Shown here one piece after another: positions 35,931 to 42,688 of a DNA stretch of 64,000 nt (position 1 is the stretch's first letter; every line of letters starts with the position of its first letter). The stretch spans positions 17,112-81,111 of the forward strand of contig JAHOYZ010000006.1 in assembly GCA_019038695.1 (NCBI GenBank), in the 5' to 3' direction. The notes under the pieces are model-generated. The model made no database searches. It was not told where the DNA came from and saw only the letters and a program-made list of their open reading frames with translations. The translations under genes and the position numbers were made by a program. The DNA is from Candidatus Zixiibacteriota bacterium (GTDB taxonomy: Bacteria > Zixibacteria > MSB-5A5 > GN15 > FEB-12).

Positions 35931-36896
35931 CTATTCCCTCGTACTATCTCCGTTGCTGTCCAAAAGATTCCAAATGAGCACCGTCGAAGTCACAACACCG
36001 ATCAGACCGGTGATGTTGGCAATACTCAAAATGCTGGAACGACGAGCCGCGACCACCACCACATCCTCTTTCTGCATCGTGTAACGAGTTAGTGTTCCAA
36101 GCCGGGTATATTTATCGAGATCAAGTTGAATGGTCTGACCGAAGTAGCCATCTTTGGTTATCACTTTCGTCTTGCGCAGATCAGCCATAGCGGTTGGACC
36201 ACCTGCCAGAGCTATAGCCTCAAGCACATCAACATTCTCCTCAAAGGTAATCGGACCCGGCAGCCCCACCGCACCCACAACGTAGATGAGGTTCTTCTTC
36301 TCTCGGGCTGTACCAAGTTCAGGCGACGGAAACCCGATGGGCATGCGTGGGATTTCAATCGTATCCTCACGACGAATCTTCGGCAATTCGTTCATTGTAC
36401 CGTTGGCTATAGCCGCACTCACATTCACGATTTCAACCTGACCCGCGTTGTCTCCACCTCGGATGATTGTTACGCGACTGAGGTCACCAATTTCGGTCAC
36501 TCCACCAGCTTCATTGATGATACTCCAGAGGTCCGGTATTTCTTCAAACGTCCACTTGCCCCCATCGTTCACCTGCCCCGTAACAAAAACGTATTGGTGG
36601 TTGAATGCCGTAACCCTGACCACCGCCTGTGAGATATTCTTGTTTAACCTGGACATTCGGCGAACAATGTCAACTTCGAGCTGCGCTGTAGTCCTGCCAG
36701 CAGCGTCGATTTCGCCCACCACGTCCAGAGATATCTTCCCATCTTGATTAACGCGTACATCGGAATTGAGAGCGGGGTCCTGCCAGAAACTGATACTCAA
36801 GATATCCCCCGTTCCCACCTTGTATTCACTGGCCTGAGCGCAGACTGCCATCATGACAACCAAACTCACAACGATCAACAAACAACATTTATTCAT
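35931..36896 (-). CDS. Polysaccharide export protein (Wza-like, Poly_export + SLBB domains)
   Basis: Signal peptide, then YKVGTGDILSISFWQDPALN...V.QDGKISL..VGEI.AAG.T. Two SLBB-like segments follow (VFVTGQVN..G and IYVVGAVGLPG). Confidence 0.82.
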   Translation of the reverse strand: MNKCCLLIVVSLVVMMAVCAQASEYKVGTGDILSISFWQDPALNSDVRVNQDGKISLDVVGEIDAAGRTTAQLEVDIVRRMSRLNKNISQAVVRVTAFNHQYVFVTGQVNDGGKWTFEEIPDLWSIINEAGGVTEIGDLSRVTIIRGGDNAGQVEIVNVSAAIANGTMNELPKIRREDTIEIPRMPIGFPSPELGTAREKKNLIYVVGAVGLPGPITFEENVDVLEAIALAGGPTAMADLRKTKVITKDGYFGQTIQLDLDKYTRLGTLTRYTMQKEDVVVVAARRSSILSIANITGLIGVVTSTVLIWNLLDSNGDSTRE

Positions 36897-37050
36897 TTCG
36901 CAACACTTCCCTGTTAGCGTAAGTGTAGTCCCTAAAATGGCTTATCCTATAATCGGCATAACCACTTATGTTATTTAGCTTCAAATATAGATTTCGGTGT
37001 TGCGCGTGTAAAGCCTAAAACTCAATCATCCACAAACTTAGTCAGAATTT

Positions 37051-38691
37051 CTAAACGGCTTCATCGAAAAGAACAGACTTATTGCGGCCACTGGACTTGG
37101 CTTCCAGAAGGGCCATGTCGGCAAAGTGAATGAGCTGCTTAGGAACGTCGGCGTGATCCGGGTAGACCGCTCCGCCCAGCGAAACTGTACACCCCAAACG
37201 CTCATCGGTACCAGGGATGACAAAACTCGTTCCCGCTACGTCACCCTTTAGCCGCTCCATGAATTTCAGACAGGTTGTAGCATCAGTTTCGGGCATGATA
37301 ATACAAAACTCATCCCCACCATAACGTGCGATAATGTCAATAGCACGAATTGATCTCCGGAGGATACCCCCCATCTGCTTGAGGACAGCATCTCCAGCCA
37401 GATGACCATAAGTATCGTTGGTGGCCTTCAGACCATCGAGATCGAAGATTATAAAAGCCAGTTTCCGGTCATAGCGCTTTGCTCGCTGGATCTCCTCGTC
37501 CAGACGACGCCTGAAATACCTCTGGTTGGCCAGACCTGTCAGTCCGTCGGTGTATGACATTTCCTCAATACGTTCAAACGATTCGGCATTGTCCATTAAA
37601 TCAGCGGCGCTCGTCCGAGCTACCTGCAGTTTGTCTTTCAAAGATACTTGTGGTGATCCTCCACTCCAGGCCAGCACACCAGGACAATCCGGAGTGAGTG
37701 AAAATGAAGCTATGCTTTCTAATCCTGCCTCTCGCAAAGACGAAGCCCAAACTCCCATCGGTGTTTGTTCGTCCGCCAATTGCCCAACCGGCATCGTCGC
37801 CTTGTCAACGACTTTCAGAAGATTATCCAGGCAATCCTGGTCGGGAGCCAGAAGGGCCCGAGAAAGACCTCCCTGGACCAATAGCGGGTGAGAATTTTTC
37901 TTACCATTCCTTCGATATAGAAAAGCAATCCGATTGATATTCAAGTCTTCGCGAATTGAGTGGATTAGCTTCGGGATTATCGTCTCCGCATTGCGATGTA
38001 GCACAAGTTTAAGTAAACTGCTTGGAGCAGCTACCGGCGGATTGACGGCAGAGATGGCATCGGGTGGGTTTACTTCGTCAAGCCGCTTCTGCATCCGTTC
38101 GATGCGCGATTCATGCCATTTAACATGATACGCAGCCGACAACGACTGCGCCATACTGGCCACCAGTACATTAAATGACCGTGAATCGGTATGAATGGTG
38201 CTGCGCACAAAGTAGACACCGTACAGATTATCACGCCAGAACACAGGGAAGAAAAGATCAACTTTGCTCTTGCTGATCGTCCGAAAATACCGGTCGGGCA
38301 ACACCCCCTGGAGGGCAGCTATTGGCCGCGGCAAGAAATCAGCTTCCAGCACTTTGGACAATTTGGTACCGGCAACAACCCTATACGCTCGCCGGTCGGG
38401 ATGTCCTAAGCCATGTTGATAGTTGAGCTCAAGCCAGCCCCGACGCTTACGTAAAAACAGAACCCGATCACATCCGCACGATTCCTCCAGTAGAGTGGAC
38501 ACCTTGCGGGCCACCTCGCCGATAGTTCCGCCAGCACTATTGGACAGCAGAAATCGGGAGAAATCGGACAGATTCATCCCCTTCATCACAGCCATCTGTC
38601 GCCTCTCGTTTCGAATCCTCGAAACGAGCATCAGCGACAGGATTCCGGTCAAAATGACCAGCGCAACTATAAGAACTGCTTGGTAATCCAT
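37051..38691 (-). CDS. Membrane-anchored diguanylate cyclase (GAF-like regions + GGDEF with intact I-site)
   Basis: N-terminal TM. The C-terminus reads YTDGLTGLANQRYFRRRLDEE...FIIFDLDGLKATNDTYGHLAGD...RAIDIIARYGGDEFCIIMPE. The RAID motif lies 5 residues before GGDEF, which matches the RxxD I-site. Confidence 0.85.
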   Translation of the reverse strand: MDYQAVLIVALVILTGILSLMLVSRIRNERRQMAVMKGMNLSDFSRFLLSNSAGGTIGEVARKVSTLLEESCGCDRVLFLRKRRGWLELNYQHGLGHPDRRAYRVVAGTKLSKVLEADFLPRPIAALQGVLPDRYFRTISKSKVDLFFPVFWRDNLYGVYFVRSTIHTDSRSFNVLVASMAQSLSAAYHVKWHESRIERMQKRLDEVNPPDAISAVNPPVAAPSSLLKLVLHRNAETIIPKLIHSIREDLNINRIAFLYRRNGKKNSHPLLVQGGLSRALLAPDQDCLDNLLKVVDKATMPVGQLADEQTPMGVWASSLREAGLESIASFSLTPDCPGVLAWSGGSPQVSLKDKLQVARTSAADLMDNAESFERIEEMSYTDGLTGLANQRYFRRRLDEEIQRAKRYDRKLAFIIFDLDGLKATNDTYGHLAGDAVLKQMGGILRRSIRAIDIIARYGGDEFCIIMPETDATTCLKFMERLKGDVAGTSFVIPGTDERLGCTVSLGGAVYPDHADVPKQLIHFADMALLEAKSSGRNKSVLFDEAV

Positions 38692-38750
38692 GTGAACACT
38701 CTATTAGAAATATAGCCCCGGATACGCAACTGTCAACCAGAAACAACGCT

Positions 38751-39425
38751 TCAGCGACGCCCCCGGGCAAACCGGAATCGAGAACGTCGGCGGACCAAAC
38801 CTCGTCGCCTTAAAACTCCGAAAACATCCCACCAACCAACCCGGTCGAACCCGCCCATACCTCGCAAATCCCGACCAATCTCCCCTATAGTGGCAAACGG
38901 GTCGTCTTTAACCAGACGCAGGATCGCCGTTTCAAGATTGCCGCCACCTAACATTCCACCGAGATCATTGTTTATTGTAAATTGATTGCTAGTAGATTTG
39001 GAGGTCAAATCATCACTGATCGAAACCGCTGTCAACCGTCCGCTTTTTTTTTTGGATGAAACCACTTCGGAGCCGTTGCCAAAATCGACACGGGCTTCGT
39101 CTATTGAAGTATAGGACCGTAGAACCTTATCAAACTCCAGCAGTTCATATATCTCGTATACATTCGGAATCATACTGGCCAGCTTGATATCGCCATCGTT
39201 GTCGCGAATGTCCTTGATATGGGAGATAAATATCCCCCATCCGGCAGAAGAGATATAATCTACGCCAGCCAGATCAATCAGAATCGCATATCGTTGGCGC
39301 TTCAGAAGCGAATCAATAACGGCTTCCAATTCACCAGCTGTCGCGGTATCAATAACACCATCCACCCGCACTTCGGAGACTCCCTGGCGGTCACCTTCGG
39401 AAAGCGATATTGAGATGTTATTCAT
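38751..39425 (-). CDS. STAS-domain anti-sigma-factor antagonist fused to a C-terminal winged-helix-like segment and poly-Arg tail
   Basis: aa 1-115 carry the STAS signature ILIDLAGVDYISSAGWGIF...LEFDKVL. aa 163-210 read LETAILRLVKDDPFATIGEIGRDLR...VFGVLRRRGLV. The tail reads RRRSRFRFARGRR. Confidence 0.75.
   Translation of the reverse strand: MNNISISLSEGDRQGVSEVRVDGVIDTATAGELEAVIDSLLKRQRYAILIDLAGVDYISSAGWGIFISHIKDIRDNDGDIKLASMIPNVYEIYELLEFDKVLRSYTSIDEARVDFGNGSEVVSSKKKSGRLTAVSISDDLTSKSTSNQFTINNDLGGMLGGGNLETAILRLVKDDPFATIGEIGRDLRGMGGFDRVGWWDVFGVLRRRGLVRRRSRFRFARGRR
39044..39053 (-). repeat. A10 homopolymer (T10 on + strand) in the linker of the STAS gene
   Basis: The minus strand reads TCC AAA AAA AAA AGC, encoding SKKKS at aa 124-128. 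I noticed no longer homopolymer in the window by eye. Confidence 0.95.
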
Positions 39426-39713
39426 ATGCTATATTCCGTGTCAAGACTTCTGATCTTCTGTTGCGTTCAATGAACCGTTTGGTAAGACCATAGGCAACAA
39501 AAAAGGTGAGGACAGTCAGGACACCTGAGTAACAGTCAGAGAAACGACGAGATTCTTGACCATTCGGGGTGATTGTTGTATTATCATAAACTGAAAGTGG
39601 TAAACCGTGTTTTTGAAACCTTTATATTGGAAATCTCGGATAATAAGAAAAGGAATAATATGCGATTCTGTTGAATTATTATAAAATCCTGAAAATATTG
39701 AAGGAGAACAGTT

Positions 39714-40448
39714 TTGAATTATCACAGTTTCATTATCCATTCAGTAAGAACGTTTATTACGTTTATTTTACTGACTAGCTGCTTGTTTGCACAGACTGAT
39801 GAAATAAACTGGGTAACAGTTGGTAAACCAATGCCTGATATTGCACTCCCCTCTTTCCAGGGCGAAGAAGTGAAGATTTCCCAATTCAAGGGAAAGAATG
39901 TAATGTTGATTTTCCCCAGGGGCTATGCGATGGAAGGAATGTGGTGCCCCAATTGCATATATCGACATGCTCAACTAGTAGAGTATGAGAAGAACAACAA
40001 GATTCGTGATCGCTACAACCTGGAAATTATATATGTACTTCCATATAGCAAAGAATTGATTCAGGATTTTCTAAATTCTTTCCCAGCGACTTTAGCACTA
40101 ATCAATGATTGGAAGAATCCTCCCGGTTATGAAGAAATGGACGAGGACGGAAAAGCATTTATCGATCATATCAGAGAAATTGCACCAGAAGATTTAACAA
40201 TGGACGAAGGAGAAGAGACGCCAACACCATTTCCAATCCTCATCGACGAGGACAGTGAATATTCCAAGGCTTTAGGAATATTCCGGACAGAGTGGTCAGG
40301 AAGTAAAGTGGATCAGAATATTCCCTCTGTTTATATAGTAGATAAGGATGGTATTCTTCAGTTTAAGAATATAGCTCAACATACTTTCGATAGACCTAGT
40401 CTTGATTATCTAGTTAAGATGTTATCGTATATATGCGGAGAGGAATAG
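39714..40448 (+). CDS. Secreted thioredoxin-fold protein (AhpC/TSA-redoxin family) with CxxC
   Basis: TTG start 8 nt after AAGGAG, followed by a signal peptide. LPSFQGEEVKISQFKGKNVMLIFPRGYAMEGMWCPNCIYRHAQL. About 33% G+C in a 120-nt hand count, against about 49% in a mutS sample. It is the only plus-strand gene between 5175 and 64000. Confidence 0.7.
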   Translation: MNYHSFIIHSVRTFITFILLTSCLFAQTDEINWVTVGKPMPDIALPSFQGEEVKISQFKGKNVMLIFPRGYAMEGMWCPNCIYRHAQLVEYEKNNKIRDRYNLEIIYVLPYSKELIQDFLNSFPATLALINDWKNPPGYEEMDEDGKAFIDHIREIAPEDLTMDEGEETPTPFPILIDEDSEYSKALGIFRTEWSGSKVDQNIPSVYIVDKDGILQFKNIAQHTFDRPSLDYLVKMLSYICGEE

Positions 40449-40453
40449 CATTT

Positions 40454-40522
40454 GTAGGTCAGAACCCCTTGCGGTCCTGACAATTGCGTTTATTGTCAGG
40501 TTGGTAGGCAACTGTGACCTAC
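40454..40522. repeat. REPIN-like inverted pair of GTAG-headed elements
   Basis: The + copy (40454-40483) is GTAGGTCAGAACCCCTTGCGGTCCTGACAA. The - copy (40493-40522) read on the minus strand is GTAGGTCACAGTTGCCTACCAACCTGACAA. The inner arms CCTGACAAT / ATTGTCAGG are a perfect 9-bp inverted repeat around a 7-nt loop. Confidence 0.7.
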
Positions 40523-40530
40523 AACAGGAT

Positions 40531-40561
40531 GGCGGAACCGCTAAGAAGGGTTTCGCCCTAC
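40531..40561 (-). repeat. REP-like element, same subtype as 10480-10509
   Basis: The minus strand reads GTAGGGCGAAACCCTTCTTAGCGGTTCCGCC, compared with GTGGGCTGGAACCCTTCTTAGTGGTTCCGG at 10480-10509. Confidence 0.65.
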
Positions 40562-40587
40562 AAGATTAATGGGGCAGACAAGGGCAC

Positions 40588-40615
40588 GTCAGGTTGGCAA
40601 GCAACCGTGACCTAC
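40588..40615 (-). repeat. REP-like element, same subtype as 40493-40522
   Basis: The minus strand reads GTAGGTCACGGTTGCTTGCCAACCTGAC. It differs at three positions from the copy at 40493-40522. Confidence 0.65.
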
Positions 40616-40619
40616 ATAA

Positions 40620-42629
40620 CTACTCGTCTTCTGTTACAGATTTCGTTTCGGTCATACCGTCGTCAGGACTGCATGACCTGGCAAGAACGAATGTTATGTC
40701 ATCGGATGGTTTGGTGAATCCGGCGAAATCGTCCAGAGCATCCAACAGACTCTTGCCCAGTATGGTCGTGGTAAGCGTTGCATCCCCACCGTTTAGTTGT
40801 TCCTCAAACAGCTTTGTGAGGCGATCCAGACCATACGTCTCCCCATCACGATTGGATGCCTCGGTGACACCATCGGTAAACATGAAGAAGAAATCCCCAT
40901 CCTCAAGTTCAAGGCTGACTTCTTCCAACCTATCCTCGAATGAGAACTCAAGCGTAACTGGCATCCCCACTGGCATTCCGGTGGGATTCAAAGTCTCAAT
41001 CGTACTGGAAGACCGTCGATAGAGAAGCATCGGATTATGCCCAGCCGATACGAAATCGAGCTTTCGCTGAGCGGTGTCATACATAGCCAGCATGACAGTA
41101 ATAAACATGCCCGGAGGAATGTTGTGGCGCAGGTAATCGTTGACCTTTATAAGCGTCACCTTGGCCGAAGCTTCGTGCGCCGCATGGATCTGTATGACCG
41201 TACGTAGCATCGACATCACCAGCGAAGCTGGTACCCCTTTGCCGGAAACATCGGCAACTACAAGACAGTACCGACCGGGATCAGTCTCAAAGACATCATA
41301 GAGATCTCCTCCGATAACTTCCGCCGCCCGATAGAATGTGTTTAGTTCCAGCCCCGGCAGATTCGGTAGTTTGTTCGGCAGCAGAGTCTTCTGGATGTGT
41401 GAGGCTACTTCAATTTCCTTGGCCATCTTCTCGCGCGCCACTATATTCTCACGATCCTGACTCACACGCGTCATCAGTACATTGAACGCCTTGGATATTT
41501 CGAAGAACTCCTCAGCTCCCTCCAGTGGCAATTCCGTCGTTAGATCACCGGAGGCAAGTCGCCTGACGCGCTGTGTGATTTTAACTATCGGATCTACAAA
41601 ATAGCTGGAGAGTAGATAGACTCCAAGAACGCCAAATAGCAACAGCACCAGAGTCAGCAACACGGCATCCTCCCGCGATTGAGCTAACTCACCCTCAATG
41701 TAGGCGGCACTGTATGTGATATGCACCATACCTGCCATACCGGTGTTAGTAACTATGGGAACCATCAAATAGAACAAGTCAGCTCCATCAACAATCAATC
41801 GCTGTGGAGTTGATTGGTCGTTCTTGTCAATACCGTCGGGGAAAGAGTATCCCTTGCGAATATTGTGGATGTCATCGGAATGCGCCACAATATTACCTGC
41901 CGGACTGGTGATCACTACCAGTCGGAGGAACTCAGAATTCGATTTGGCATAACTCACAACTAACTCATCAAACTCGGCATCAGAGCGACGGTTTATCGTA
42001 TAACCTGCGGCCTGCGCTGCAATAGTACTCCCCAGAGAGGCTACTGTTTCGTCCAAGTGCGATTGAACTTGACGTGATATTCGATCATCGACGTATATAG
42101 CAGAACCAGCCAGAATAATCAGCACAATCATAGTGGTCCAAACCGAGAACTTAACCCGCAACCCAGTCATCCGTCTTAACAGAGGAACACTACCAGCCGA
42201 TGAGGGACGAATGCGTTTAATCATCCGCAATTCATTGTAGCCAGCCGACGAAATGTATTCGACCGAATCCATAATCTTGCCGATCATATAGAACCCCAGG
42301 CCACCCTTACGGCCGGATTCGACCAGATGCTCCAGATCTATGGTACCTTTTTCGGAAGCCTGAAATGATCTGCCGGTATCAATTAGGGATAAGACAATAA
42401 GCTTGCGATAGATTACAATTCGGAGCCGGATAGTCCCCTTCTCATAAAGGTACGCATGCCGGATAATGTTGGTGGCCCCTTCTTCAGTGGCCAACAAAAC
42501 GGCGTTGACATCTCGGGATGACATGCCAGCAGCCACGCAGCTTTCCCGCGCTGTTCGCTGCAGACTGTCGAGATATTTCTCTTCCGCAATGAACTCGGCT
42601 GTTATCTCTTTTACAGGACGTCGCCACAT
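40620..42629 (-). CDS. Fused partner-switching enzyme: RsbW/SpoIIAB-like kinase domain, TM, extracytoplasmic sensor, TM, HAMP and PP2C (SpoIIE/RsbU-type) phosphatase
   Basis: aa 1-140 carry HATPase_c_2-like motifs (N-box EEGATNIIRHAY, IDTGRSF, GRKGGLGFYMIGKIMD). TM helices lie at about 161-180 and 321-345. HAMP reads DPIVKITQRVRRLASGDLTTELP...FNVLMTRV. PP2C reads EVIGGDLYDVF......LVVADVSGKGVPASL...FVSAGHNP...FMFTDGVTEA. Confidence 0.75.
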   Translation of the reverse strand: MWRRPVKEITAEFIAEEKYLDSLQRTARESCVAAGMSSRDVNAVLLATEEGATNIIRHAYLYEKGTIRLRIVIYRKLIVLSLIDTGRSFQASEKGTIDLEHLVESGRKGGLGFYMIGKIMDSVEYISSAGYNELRMIKRIRPSSAGSVPLLRRMTGLRVKFSVWTTMIVLIILAGSAIYVDDRISRQVQSHLDETVASLGSTIAAQAAGYTINRRSDAEFDELVVSYAKSNSEFLRLVVITSPAGNIVAHSDDIHNIRKGYSFPDGIDKNDQSTPQRLIVDGADLFYLMVPIVTNTGMAGMVHITYSAAYIEGELAQSREDAVLLTLVLLLFGVLGVYLLSSYFVDPIVKITQRVRRLASGDLTTELPLEGAEEFFEISKAFNVLMTRVSQDRENIVAREKMAKEIEVASHIQKTLLPNKLPNLPGLELNTFYRAAEVIGGDLYDVFETDPGRYCLVVADVSGKGVPASLVMSMLRTVIQIHAAHEASAKVTLIKVNDYLRHNIPPGMFITVMLAMYDTAQRKLDFVSAGHNPMLLYRRSSSTIETLNPTGMPVGMPVTLEFSFEDRLEEVSLELEDGDFFFMFTDGVTEASNRDGETYGLDRLTKLFEEQLNGGDATLTTTILGKSLLDALDDFAGFTKPSDDITFVLARSCSPDDGMTETKSVTEDE

Positions 42630-42688
42630 AATGTATGAAACCTATCGGGAAACCGCGCGTGAGTCTAACAAAAAACCGGAGAATAATC

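Noticed and set aside
39516-39740. 74-aa minus-strand ORF in the AT-rich spacer upstream of the redoxin gene
   Set aside because: It has no SD. Its composition is AT-driven and rich in Ile/Phe/Asn. It overlaps the redoxin SD and start, so it more likely lies in promoter or leader DNA.
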